From an uncultured Acidobacteriota bacterium (GTDB lineage Bacteria > Acidobacteriota > Terriglobia > Acidiferrales > UBA7541): a stretch of 64,000 nucleotides of DNA. The notes below the pieces were generated by a model. That model did no database searches and was not told the DNA's origin. It saw only the letters and a list, made by a program, of their open reading frames with translations. Position numbers and translations under genes: made by a program. The stretch is taken from NCBI GenBank assembly GCA_963721915.1, contig CAVRLD010000002.1, positions 111,442 to 175,441 on the forward strand. The letters are read 5' to 3'. Positions 1 to 9,668 of this stretch are shown here, piece after piece. Numbering within the stretch: the first letter of the stretch is position 1; each line of letters starts with the position of its first letter.

Positions 1-245
1 GCAAGATCCCACCACCTCGCTCTCTCCTCCGGCAGTCGTGGCGCAATTTGCTGCCACACCCGTTGCCCGTAGTCTTCGCCAGGGTCAGGAACCGGCATGG
101 CGCCCAACGCCGCAAGAACCGCATCGATCCGTTCGAGTTCCACTCGACACTCCGGACAATCGGACAAATGTTCCGCGATCGCATCGCGCCGCAAAACCTC
201 GCCGCCGTGATACGCGATCAACTCTTCCTCATTCGGATGTTTCAT
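1..245 (-). CDS. Zinc-binding anti-sigma factor (zf-HC2 type), N-terminal part; runs off the window edge
   Basis: Manual translation from ATG at 245: MKHPNEEELIAYHGGEVLRRDAIAEHLSDCPECRVELERID..., HxxxCxxC motif, directly downstream of an ECF sigma gene; not in the ORF track because it has no stop in the window. Confidence 0.85.
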   Translation of the reverse strand, partial: MKHPNEEELIAYHGGEVLRRDAIAEHLSDCPECRVELERIDAVLAALGAMPVPDPGEDYGQRVWQQIAPRLPEERARWWDL

Positions 246-295
246 AGTTCAGTTCCCACTGCCTTCACTTGCCCTCGCCGTTCGACAAACGGCTC

Positions 296-390
296 GTGCC
301 GCACCACAAATAGTGCCGCACGTGAACGTCGTAACGACCCCGACATAGAGCCGGACGATCAGAGTCGTACGATCAGAGTCGTACGCACTC
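296..390. other. 95-bp insertion in the 3' end of the ECF sigma gene
   Basis: Flanked by CTC (293-295 and 388-390); removal restores ...LRRSLE-PFVERRGQVKAVGTEL* with TGA overlapping the anti-sigma ATG; contains 14-bp tandem and 9-bp direct repeats. Confidence 0.75.
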
Positions 391-984
391 CAGTGACCGC
401 CGCAGCTTTTGCACCGACCGAAAAACCGTGTTCTTCGCGGCACTCGTACTCGATTTGAGCGCTTCGGCAATCTCCTCGATCCCGGAGCCGCCCCAGTGCC
501 GCATCACAAAGGCCGTGCGTTCCGCCGGGGTCAATTCATTTAGCGCGCGCCGCATGTGGACGGCGAGCTGCTCGCTTTGCGCCAAGCGTTCCGGTGACGG
601 CGCGGCGTCCGGCACCAAGCTGGCTGGGTCGCGTTCGATTCCGTCCTCGGACAATCGGCCGGCGGGCTCGCGCTGCGCGTCTTCACTCTTGCGCTGGCGC
701 ATGCGGTCGATCGCGTAGTTCGCCGCGATGCGGTACACCCAAGTCCCAAAATTGGCGCGCGCCGCAAACTGGCCGAGTTTCTGATACGCCCGCAAAAACG
801 CCTCCTGCACCACTTCTTCCGCGTCGTGCTGATTGCCGGTCATGCGATAGGCGAGGCGGAACACGTTGCGGCTGTGCCGTTCCACCAAAATGCGGAAAGC
901 GTCGCGATCGCCCGCGAGCGTGCGCTCGACGGCGATGGCGTCACTGTCCCCAGTGGTCTCGACGCTCTGCCTCATCCGGTTCAT
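373..984 (-). CDS. ECF (sigma-70 family) RNA polymerase sigma factor
   Basis: Region 2 (DAEEVVQEAFLRAY...FGTWVYRIAAN) and region 4 HTH (IEEIAEAL...KNTVFRSVQKLR). Confidence 0.93.
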   Translation of the reverse strand: MNRMRQSVETTGDSDAIAVERTLAGDRDAFRILVERHSRNVFRLAYRMTGNQHDAEEVVQEAFLRAYQKLGQFAARANFGTWVYRIAANYAIDRMRQRKSEDAQREPAGRLSEDGIERDPASLVPDAAPSPERLAQSEQLAVHMRRALNELTPAERTAFVMRHWGGSGIEEIAEALKSSTSAAKNTVFRSVQKLRRSLECVRL

Positions 985-1088
985 TAGACAGGTTTTCGGG
1001 CTTGCGGTTAGGTCTGTTTTTACTACGAGGATGCTGGGCTTGCGGAGGCCTTTAGCGAGAGTCCTAAGAATACGGCTAAAGCTTTCTT

Positions 1089-1150
1089 CAGGAGCTAGAG
1101 CCCGTACGTTCCCAGGGACTGTGCCGGGGCTGAAGCCTCGGCCTCCTAAG
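1089..1150. repeat. REP-like GGGGCTGAAGCC-type palindromic doublet
   Basis: caggagctagagccc...ggggctgaagcctcggcctcct; related copies near 21688 and 39447. Confidence 0.5.
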
Positions 1151-1182
1151 GGAAAAATTCTGGTTGAGCCCTTCCGGATTCG

Positions 1183-3639
1183 CTACTCGTAGCGTAATGC
1201 CACCATGGGATCGACCTTCATTGCCCGGCGAGCGGGCACGTAGCATGCCGCAAGCGCGACCAGCAACAGAAGGGCGGCTACCGCCACAAAGGTTAGCGGG
1301 TCTGTCGGTTGCACTCCGAACAACAAACTCGACAGGAAGCGGGTTAGGGCGAGGGCACCTAATATGCCGGTTGCGATCCCCGTCAGGGCCAGGCTGGCGC
1401 CGCGTCCTAGAACCAGAGCAAGCATATTTTGCGGTTGGGCTCCGAGCGCCATGCGGATGCCGATCTCTTGGGTGCGCTGACCCACCGTATAGCTCATCAC
1501 GCCATAGATGCCTACAGCGGACAGGACGAGCGCGAGTCCCGCGAGAATACCGATGAGCACGGCCGAAAATCGGCGAGGTGAGATCGATTGGGACAGCAAG
1601 CCGTCGAGCGTGGTGACTTCGGTTACCGGGAGGCTGGGATCGACTCGATGTATAGCCTCGGTGGCGGTTGCGGCAACCGTAGTCGGGTCCGACGCGGTAC
1701 GCAACACCAAGTGCGGCGTCCAGCCGCCTGTAAAATAGGCGTCATAGGTCGGCCCGGCTTCCAGGCCGAACTGGTGTACGTTGCCGACAATGCCGACAAT
1801 CGAAAACCAGCAGGGTTGCGGATCGAGCGAGCAAAAGTTGACGCGGTGGCCGATGGGATCTTCATTGGCGAAGAATCGACGCGCCATCGTGTCATTGATC
1901 ACGATCTTGTCTTGTTGCGCCCAATCGTCGCGCGTCAGCAGGCGGCCCCTTTGCAACGGAATGCCCACGGTTGCGAAATATTCCGGGTTGACCGTGCGGA
2001 TCTGCGCCACAGGGCGAACGCCGGTGCTTGGGACCGACTGCCCGTCAATCAGGAACCGCGAGGCTTCGCGCAAATCGGTCGCCAGCGGCAGCGTGCTAAT
2101 ACCTCCCGCCGATTTCACTCCCGCCAACCCGCTAACCTGTTGAATAATTTGATCGAATTGCAGCGACTGCTTTTTGCCCAGCTCGATTTGCTGTTCCTGA
2201 GAGAGCTTCGCGGCCTCAACAGGGGAAATCGCAGCTTGCGTAATCTGCATGCTGAGGACGTGCTCGGTCTCGAATCCGGGCGCAACGTCCAGCAGGTGGC
2301 GGAAGCTCTGCAGCAGGAGCCCGGCGCCAATCAGGGGAACCAGCGCCAGCGCAATTTCCGAGATGACCAGCGCATTGTGGACACGATGACTTCCCGGCGC
2401 GCTGGTGCCTTTGCTCCCTTGCTTCAAGATGTTGTTCAGGTCGCGCATGCGCGCTCGGAGAGCGGGCAGCGAGCCGCAGAGTATTCCTGAGGCGAGGCAG
2501 ACGCCGATCGTGAACGCCAGCACTGGAAGGTCGATGCGTGTTTCGCGAATCACCGAAAGTTGCGTTGGTGCGAGAGCGCCCAGAGCTTGGATTCCAGCCG
2601 ACGCCAACAGCAAGCCTGAGCCGCCTCCGCAAAGGGACAGCAGAATGCTTTCTGTCAGGAGTTGCCGTACGAGCCGGCCCGGCGCAGCGCCGAGTGCGGT
2701 TCGCAAAGCCATTTCGCGTTCGCGGGCGGCGTTGCGTGCCAGCAGCAAGTTGGCGATATTGGCACAGGCGATCAGCAGCACAAGTCCGACCGCCGCGAAA
2801 AGCACCAGCAGTGTGGCCCGCAACTTGGCGGCTGAAGGATCCTCCATGGCGAGCACCAACGTTCCCCAACTCTTGTGCGAATCGGGATAGGCCACGGTCT
2901 CCTGGCGGTTCAGCGTTTCGATCTCGGCGCCCGCTTGCGCCGGGGTCACGCCCGCCTTGAGCCTCGCTACCGGGACAATTCCGTGATGAACGTGATCGTC
3001 CAGCGAGCCTTGATAGCCGTTAATGGGCAACCAGAGATCCATCGTCCTCATAATTTGAAACGTCTCGGGCAAAACGCCGGCAATGCGGTATTTGCGGCCG
3101 TCCAGCGCAACTTCACGTCCTACGATCGCCGGGTCCGCGCCAAAACGCCGCTGCCAATACCGATGGCTGAGCAAGGCGACCGCAGCGCCACCAGGCTTAT
3201 CTTCATCCGGCAGGAACGTGCGGCCTACTGCAGCTCGAATGCCGAGCGTGGAGAATAAATCGGAGCTCGCAACGCTGGCCTGTACTCGTTCCGGCTCGCC
3301 GACATCGGTCAGGTTGAAGCCTTGGGAGACTTCTCCGTACGCGCCCATGCCCGAAAAGCTCTTGGCCAGGCGATGGAAGTCCGCATAGTCGCCGGCGGAT
3401 ATTCCAACGGTTTGGAATCCCGGATACGTATTCCAAATTTCCACGAGCGATTCCGGGTGGTTGTAAGGCAGGGGTCGCAGGAGCACGTTTTCGATGACGC
3501 TGAAGATGGCGGTGTTTGCGCCGATCCCCAATGCCAGCGTCAGGACGGCGATGGCCGTGAATCCAGGGCTCTTGCGCAGGGTGCGCAGTCCGAACCGAAG
3601 ATCATCCGCAAGATCGCTGAGCCAGCCTGCTTCCGACAT
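1183..3639 (-). CDS. ABC transporter permease, ADOP (duplicated MacB_PCD/FtsX) family
   Basis: LRKSPGFTAIAVLTLALGIGANTAIFS start, two FtsX repeats (IACANIANLLLAR; GIYGVMSYTVGQRTQEIGIRMALGA), ends VDPMVALRYE. Confidence 0.95.
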   Translation of the reverse strand: MSEAGWLSDLADDLRFGLRTLRKSPGFTAIAVLTLALGIGANTAIFSVIENVLLRPLPYNHPESLVEIWNTYPGFQTVGISAGDYADFHRLAKSFSGMGAYGEVSQGFNLTDVGEPERVQASVASSDLFSTLGIRAAVGRTFLPDEDKPGGAAVALLSHRYWQRRFGADPAIVGREVALDGRKYRIAGVLPETFQIMRTMDLWLPINGYQGSLDDHVHHGIVPVARLKAGVTPAQAGAEIETLNRQETVAYPDSHKSWGTLVLAMEDPSAAKLRATLLVLFAAVGLVLLIACANIANLLLARNAAREREMALRTALGAAPGRLVRQLLTESILLSLCGGGSGLLLASAGIQALGALAPTQLSVIRETRIDLPVLAFTIGVCLASGILCGSLPALRARMRDLNNILKQGSKGTSAPGSHRVHNALVISEIALALVPLIGAGLLLQSFRHLLDVAPGFETEHVLSMQITQAAISPVEAAKLSQEQQIELGKKQSLQFDQIIQQVSGLAGVKSAGGISTLPLATDLREASRFLIDGQSVPSTGVRPVAQIRTVNPEYFATVGIPLQRGRLLTRDDWAQQDKIVINDTMARRFFANEDPIGHRVNFCSLDPQPCWFSIVGIVGNVHQFGLEAGPTYDAYFTGGWTPHLVLRTASDPTTVAATATEAIHRVDPSLPVTEVTTLDGLLSQSISPRRFSAVLIGILAGLALVLSAVGIYGVMSYTVGQRTQEIGIRMALGAQPQNMLALVLGRGASLALTGIATGILGALALTRFLSSLLFGVQPTDPLTFVAVAALLLLVALAACYVPARRAMKVDPMVALRYE

Positions 3640-3827
3640 CGTTCCGCTCCTGAGCTTACGACGAAATAGCGCTGCTCGCCCTACAGACCTTTGCGAATTT
3701 CACTTTATTCCAGACGCGCGACGCGCGGATAGGTAATCAACCGTGGCGCACGTCGAAAACGCGTCTCCTACGGTATGATGGCTTTCTGGGAGTGAGCGGT
3801 TTCATCCATTTTTAGCAGGAGGTTGGC

Positions 3828-5180
3828 TTGATTCCACGGTATACCCGCCCGGAAATGGGCCGCATCTGGAGCGACGCCAACAAGTACGCCAAATGGCTTG
3901 AGGTCGAGCTCGCTGCGACGGAAACCCTGGCCGAAGCGGGCATTGTGCCTAAAGAAGCGGCCGTAGCCCTGCGAGCCCGCGCCAAGGCCGATGCCGCGCG
4001 CATTAACGAAATCGAAGCCAGCGTGAAGCACGACGTTATTGCCTTCACCATGGCTGTCGGCGAATCGGTCGGCGATCCGGCCGCCGCGCGGTGGCTGCAT
4101 TACGGCATGACCTCGAATGACGTTGTGGACACCGCGCAGGCATTGCTAATTCGCGACGCATTGCATTGGATCGAGCGCGACCTGGTGCTTTTCGCCGAAA
4201 TTCTCGACCTTCGCGCGCACCAGTTCCGCAATACGCCGCAGATTGGCCGCACGCATGGCATCCACGCCGAGCCGATCACCTTCGGACTGAAGATCGCCAA
4301 CTGGTTTTCCGAGAACCAGCGCAACATCAAGCGGCTTCGCGATGCCGCCGCCCAGATGGCGGTCGGCAAGATTTCGGGCGCCGTTGGCAATGCCTCGCAC
4401 CTCGGACCCGAGATGGAAGAGCGGATTTGTAAGCGCCTGGGACTCGGGGTCGCGTCGGTCGCCTCTCAGGTGATTCAACGCGATCGCCACGCGCAGTACC
4501 TCAGCGCGCTTGCATTGATTGCCGCGACATTGGAAAAAATCGCGCTGGAAATTCGCCACCTCCAGCGCACCGAAGTTCGCGAAGCGGAAGAGCCGTTCTA
4601 CGGAGAGCAGCGCGGAAGTTCCGCTATGCCGCACAAACGGAACCCGGTCAGCTGCGAGCAAGTGGGTGGCTTGGCGCGCCTCGTGCGTTCCAACATGATC
4701 GCCGCTTTCGAGAACGTCGCGCTCTGGCACGAGCGCGATATCTCGCACAGTTCCGTTGAGCGCGTGATTCTGCCCGATTCCACAATCCTGGTGGACTATA
4801 TGCTCGCCAAGATGACTACCATCGTTGGAGAAATGCGCGTATTCCCCGAGCGCATGCTGCACAATCTGGAATCCACGCACGGCCTGGTTTACTCGGGACA
4901 GCTTCTCCAGGATGTGATCGAGAAGGGCATGCCGCATGACGAGGCCTACAAGGCCGTCCAGGAAAATGCCATGGCCGCATGGGAAAGAGATTCCAGCTTC
5001 CGCGACCGCGTGGCAAACGATCCGCGAATCACCAAATATCTCGATGCGACGGAGCTCGCGCGCACGTTCGATCTACAGCGCCAGCTTCGTTACGTGGACG
5101 CCATCTTCGACCGCGTCTTCGGCGCGCACCCTGCCGGCGAAGCATCCGCGCTCGGGAAGTCGGCTGCAAAATTGGGATAA
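3828..5180 (+). CDS. purB: Adenylosuccinate lyase
   Basis: MIPRYTRPEMGRIWS start, GRTHGIHAEP, signature GSSAMPHKRNP. Confidence 0.97.
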   Translation: MIPRYTRPEMGRIWSDANKYAKWLEVELAATETLAEAGIVPKEAAVALRARAKADAARINEIEASVKHDVIAFTMAVGESVGDPAAARWLHYGMTSNDVVDTAQALLIRDALHWIERDLVLFAEILDLRAHQFRNTPQIGRTHGIHAEPITFGLKIANWFSENQRNIKRLRDAAAQMAVGKISGAVGNASHLGPEMEERICKRLGLGVASVASQVIQRDRHAQYLSALALIAATLEKIALEIRHLQRTEVREAEEPFYGEQRGSSAMPHKRNPVSCEQVGGLARLVRSNMIAAFENVALWHERDISHSSVERVILPDSTILVDYMLAKMTTIVGEMRVFPERMLHNLESTHGLVYSGQLLQDVIEKGMPHDEAYKAVQENAMAAWERDSSFRDRVANDPRITKYLDATELARTFDLQRQLRYVDAIFDRVFGAHPAGEASALGKSAAKLG

Positions 5181-5361
5181 AGTTCGCTTCTGGTCGAACG
5201 CGATGATCCTGAAAATCTGCTAGAAAAAGCGAAGGCGCGATCGATGTTACTCGATCGCGCCTTTTCGCCTCTTCTGAATTCAGCATGTGCTGAGCTCAGC
5301 TGCGGAGGCGGAAGCTAGAGTCTAACGCAGAAATCCAGATTGCATTTGCAAATTTCGCGGC

Positions 5362-5928
5362 TTATTCCACGCGCTGTACGTAGCGGGCTTCGGAAGTATC
5401 CACCTTAATGCGGTCGCCTTCGTTCACAAAAGGAGGCACCGTGACCACTAGGCCGGTCTCCAGTGTCGCGGGCTTGCCGACCGCGCTTGCGGTTGCCTTT
5501 TGCAATGTTGGTTCGGTTTGGATCACCTTCAGTTCCATGGTGTCCGGTAGATCAACGCCGATGGCCTTCTCTTCAAAAAATTCCACTTTCACCACCGTAT
5601 TGGGAATCAGATAGAAGACCGTCTCGCCGAGCAGATCGCGGGTCAAATGCATCTGCTCGTAAGTTTCCGTGTTCATAAAGTGAAAATCGTCGCCCTCGTT
5701 ATACAGGTACTCGAATTCCACCGAATCGAGAATGGCGCGGTCCACGAATTCTTCCGCGCGGAAGCGGTAGTCGATCATCGTGCCGGATTTCAGATTCTTC
5801 AGGCGCGTCTGCATCGAGCCGCGCTTATTTCCCGGCGTGCGGTGGTCGGTGCTGAATACCGTGTACAGCTGGCCCTCGTGCTGGATCACCATGCCGGGGC
5901 GAAGTTGCGTGGCTTTAACACTGCTCAT
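5362..5928 (-). CDS. efp: Translation elongation factor P
   Basis: ATQLRPGMVI, KPATLETGLVVTVPPFVNEGDRIKVDT; start placed at MSSVKA; tip loop reads PGNK. Confidence 0.95.
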   Translation of the reverse strand: MSSVKATQLRPGMVIQHEGQLYTVFSTDHRTPGNKRGSMQTRLKNLKSGTMIDYRFRAEEFVDRAILDSVEFEYLYNEGDDFHFMNTETYEQMHLTRDLLGETVFYLIPNTVVKVEFFEEKAIGVDLPDTMELKVIQTEPTLQKATASAVGKPATLETGLVVTVPPFVNEGDRIKVDTSEARYVQRVE

Positions 5929-6107
5929 CGTAGTTTGCGATTCCGGCGCACCGGAATCGACGGCTCCCATCTATTGGCGACGTTCGGAAATTCCTGCAAG
6001 CGGCCGGTCGAAGTGCTGGTGGCTGCGCGCGGAATGACTCGAGGCACGCTGGCGCAAAATCCGCTTCCAGCGCGGATCAACAGTATAGCGGCGCGGATTC
6101 GAGCCGG

Positions 6108-7538
6108 TCAATCGCTCTGCTTCTTTTGTTCCTTGGCGCGGTGTTGCGCAGCGTCCGCCATGATCTTTTCAATTTCGTCGGGATTGCGCGGCAAACGCTC
6201 ACTCAGCTGTTTGTAGCCGGTTTCGGTAATCAACACGTCGTCTTCGATGCGCACGCCCAGATTTTCTTCGGGGATGTAGATGCCAGGCTCCATGGTGACG
6301 ACCATGCCCGGCTCGAAGGGAGTGCAATACGCACCTGGGTCGTGCACGTCGAGGCCGATGTTGTGTCCCAGGCCATGAATGTAGTACTGCCCGAGCGATT
6401 TCCCGTGCTGGTCTTTGCCATGTGAATTGATGTAGTCATAGGAAATCTTATAGACGCTTTTGTCGCCCTTCGCGCACATATCCATGCCCGGCTTAAGCGC
6501 AGCCATCGCGGCATTCTGCGCGCCAAGTACAATCTCGTAGATTTCGCGTTGCCGCGCCGTATATTTGCCGTTCGCAGGCAACGTGCGCGTGATGTCCGCG
6601 GCATAGCCGGAGTATTGCGCGCCGACGTCGAGCACCACGATGTCGCCATCTTCCATCTTGCGCGAAAGTTTGTCGTAATGCAGCACCGTGGAGTTCGGTC
6701 CGCTGCCGACAATCGGCGCGTAGGCCTCCGCTTCCGAGCCGCCCATAGCGTGGATTTCCACCATTTTCGTAGCGACCTGATATTCGTAGAGGCCGGGCCG
6801 CATCATCTTCATCGCTTCCAGGTGTGCGTCCACCGAAAGCTCGATCGCCTCTTTCAGGAACGCGATTTCCCCCGGCGATTTGATCCGGCGAAGCGCGTAA
6901 ATCTGTTGCCGGATATCTTTCAGCTTTGCCTGCGGCGCTGCAAGCTGCAGCCAATCGACGACTTCCTTCTCGTGCGGGTACCCGCCCATCTCGGATTCAT
7001 ACGGAAGAATGGTATAGATGTGGGGATAAGTCTTGGCCAGCCGTTCGACGTTGGCGCGCAGTTCGGCGAACGGCTTTACAGTGGAGAACCCGGTGCGCGC
7101 CTCAATTCCCGGGTCGGAAGGCGACATGTGTAAGCCATTCCATTTCTCCTTGGCAGGATCTTTCGAGGGAAGAAACAGGGTGTCGGCAGCGCCAGCGCCG
7201 GTCGCGTCCCCCGCGGCGGCCTTCGTCGCAGGCATGATGATCATCGCCGCGCCTTCCTCATTGTGCCCGCTCAAATAGTAGAAATTCTCTTCCTGGGCGA
7301 AAATGGCATCCTGCGAAAACTCTTCGCGGCCGGTATAGCCCCACAGGACAATTGGGGCGTCCACTTGGGCGGCGAGCTTCGCGCGGCGTGCGGCATAAGC
7401 GCTGTTGGGCTCACGCTCCCGCCGCTGCTGGGCGCGGGCATTCGGGGCCAGGAGCATCAGCCCGGCGGATGCCCAAACCAGCGCGAACCAGACAAAACTG
7501 CACTCACACCTCGACCGTCGAGCCGCCTGACCACTCAT
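6108..7538 (-). CDS. Xaa-Pro aminopeptidase (M24B), probably exported
   Basis: DVGAQYSGYAADITRT, HGLGHNIGLDVHD, EPGIYIP...GVRIEDD; hydrophobic N-terminus ending ARA. Confidence 0.92.
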   Translation of the reverse strand: MSGQAARRSRCECSFVWFALVWASAGLMLLAPNARAQQRREREPNSAYAARRAKLAAQVDAPIVLWGYTGREEFSQDAIFAQEENFYYLSGHNEEGAAMIIMPATKAAAGDATGAGAADTLFLPSKDPAKEKWNGLHMSPSDPGIEARTGFSTVKPFAELRANVERLAKTYPHIYTILPYESEMGGYPHEKEVVDWLQLAAPQAKLKDIRQQIYALRRIKSPGEIAFLKEAIELSVDAHLEAMKMMRPGLYEYQVATKMVEIHAMGGSEAEAYAPIVGSGPNSTVLHYDKLSRKMEDGDIVVLDVGAQYSGYAADITRTLPANGKYTARQREIYEIVLGAQNAAMAALKPGMDMCAKGDKSVYKISYDYINSHGKDQHGKSLGQYYIHGLGHNIGLDVHDPGAYCTPFEPGMVVTMEPGIYIPEENLGVRIEDDVLITETGYKQLSERLPRNPDEIEKIMADAAQHRAKEQKKQSD

Positions 7539-7706
7539 TCCACTCTCCTCGCCACCACAGTATGTCTGTCCCGTTGGGACGCGCCTCTGGCTCTCACGGC
7601 ATCCCTCTGGGCATAACAGGGCGGCAGAATTGTAGCCGAGATAGGCCGCGAAACGTCAAATAGGAAACTCTGTGACCAATGGGGATGCGGATCATCTAAT
7701 TGTCGA

Positions 7707-8816
7707 ATGAAATCGCGGATCATTGTGTTTGTCGCCATTTTTCAGTCGGTTCTGCTTTTGGGCCACGTCTTTTTGTATGAGACCTGGACCTACTTCTGGC
7801 AGGCCCCGAACCCTACCGGCGTTTCCCCGTTGCAACTGGCCCTTGGGATTCTCTCGGTCAGTTTTCTGGCTACGTCGCTGCTGGCATTTCGGTACAACAA
7901 TATTGCATTGCGATGGCTCTACACTCTTGCGGCCGTTTGGCTGGGCGCCCTCAGCTTTCTGTTTTTCGCAGCGTGTGCGTGCTGGGTGATTTACGGTGTG
8001 GCGCACCTTGTTGGGGCGAACGTCAACGGGCGCTTGCTGGTTGTGGGGGCGTTCGGCCTCGCGGCAGCCATCAGTGCGTACGGGGTGATCAACGCCGCGT
8101 GGACGCGCGTTCGCCGCATCAGCATCAAGCTGCCCAATCTTCCGCCGGCCTGGCGTGGCAGGAAAGCGGCGCTGATCACCGACATGCACCTGGGGCACGT
8201 GAAGAACATCGGCTTCGCACGCAGGATGACGGCGGCAATCAATCGCCTGAAGCCCGACATCGTGTGGATCGCCGGCGATTTGTACGATGGCACCGCCGTT
8301 GACGCGACACACGCGGCATCGCCATTGAAGGGATTGAACCCGCCGTTGGGAACGTTTTTCGTCGAGGGGAATCACGAGGAGTTTCGCGATCCGGCGAGAT
8401 TTCTCGATGCTGTGCGCGCGTCGGGCGTTCGGGTGCTCGACAATGAGAAGGCTGAAATCGACGGCTTGCAGATCGTCGGCGTGCCCTACAAACATGCCAC
8501 ACATGCAACACACTTCGGCTCGGTGCTGGAAGCGATCGGACTGGATCGCGAACGCGCCAGTGTCCTGCTGACGCACGCTCCCGACCACGTCGCCGTGGCG
8601 GAGGCCGCTGGATTTGGCCTGCAAGTCTCCGGACATACTCACCTGGGGCAATTCGTTCCTTACACATGGCTCGCGGCGCGAATGTATCGAGAGTTTGTCT
8701 ACGGGTTGAATCGGATCGGCGAGATGCTCGTCTACACCTCGAGTGGCGCCGGGACGTGGGGGCCTCCGCTCCGCGTTGGTTCTCAGCCGGAAATTGTGCT
8801 GTTTGAGTTCGAGTAG
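7707..8816 (+). CDS. Membrane-anchored metallophosphoesterase (YkuE-like)
   Basis: N-terminal TM helices; DxH, GDxxD, GNHE, GHTH motifs. Confidence 0.9.
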   Translation: MKSRIIVFVAIFQSVLLLGHVFLYETWTYFWQAPNPTGVSPLQLALGILSVSFLATSLLAFRYNNIALRWLYTLAAVWLGALSFLFFAACACWVIYGVAHLVGANVNGRLLVVGAFGLAAAISAYGVINAAWTRVRRISIKLPNLPPAWRGRKAALITDMHLGHVKNIGFARRMTAAINRLKPDIVWIAGDLYDGTAVDATHAASPLKGLNPPLGTFFVEGNHEEFRDPARFLDAVRASGVRVLDNEKAEIDGLQIVGVPYKHATHATHFGSVLEAIGLDRERASVLLTHAPDHVAVAEAAGFGLQVSGHTHLGQFVPYTWLAARMYREFVYGLNRIGEMLVYTSSGAGTWGPPLRVGSQPEIVLFEFE

Positions 8817-9064
8817 AAACGGACACCCGCCCGAGTTTCACTATCCGAACAGATAGATCGCTATCCTCGAGGTTAGTCGAGAACCGCAAAATGACGCGTT
8901 GAACTCGCTGGTCTCATAGAGACCAAGCCTTCAGTAAGCCTCCTGTTTTAAGGTAGTTGCCGGATTTTCTAGCCCCGCCACCTTTCCTCCAAACGTTTGG
9001 CCCGAAGGTTGCAATCCTCCAAGCCGTACTCGAAAAGCCAAAAAATAATAGGGGGGTGGTCGTC

Positions 9065-9436
9065 ATGAAATTCCAAAGAATCGTTCGTGTGCCAGTGATC
9101 GTGATGGGACTGGGAATCGCACTGCTGCTCGCAGGTCCGGTCCGTGCACAACAGGAAGTAGACCCAGATACGTTTGACATCAATCCCGGCACTCCGAAGA
9201 TAGAACGAGTGGCGGCGGCCCCGGTCGCAACGAACACGATCCAAAGTAGTGGCGTGACGCAGGTTTCCATCATGCCAGCGTCGAACTGGGACGGCTCCTT
9301 CGCCGCACCGTTGAATCCGGTGAACGTGACGATGGTCGTGATCTTGGGGCTGGGCACCGCATTGGTTGCACTCTACGCGGTGGCGGCCACGGGTCGCCAG
9401 CGCCGAAGGTCTTCGCCAGTGCGCAGCCGCGCATAA
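9065..9436 (+). CDS. Hypothetical exported protein with C-terminal membrane anchor
   Basis: Signal peptide (..LLLAGPVRA/QQ), C-terminal hydrophobic helix plus basic tail; G-rich RBS-like sequence before ATG 9065. Confidence 0.6.
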   Translation: MKFQRIVRVPVIVMGLGIALLLAGPVRAQQEVDPDTFDINPGTPKIERVAAAPVATNTIQSSGVTQVSIMPASNWDGSFAAPLNPVNVTMVVILGLGTALVALYAVAATGRQRRRSSPVRSRA

Positions 9437-9668
9437 CCGATTCTGTCTTGGTGGCCGGTCGTGAAGCTCAAAGCTCTGGCGCGACGACCCACTGAACAGT
9501 TTCGCGCGCCATAGAGGCTCCGGGAATCCTACTCACCCCGTCCATTCCCGGAGCTTTCCTTTTTTGCAGCGCAGATTCAGGTTCGCAGAAGCAGTAATAC
9601 CTTCGCGCAAACACGTGTAGAGCAGGGCGGAGTCTCCGGAGCCCTGCGGTTTTAAGAGCGCGGATGGT

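Noticed and set aside
296-390. Group II intron or sequencing adapter as the source of the insertion
   Set aside because: The minus strand has GTGCG...AC, but it is far too short, lacks domain V, and splicing there would not restore the frame. The CTCCAGTGAC resemblance to an Illumina adapter lies mostly in normal sigma codons.
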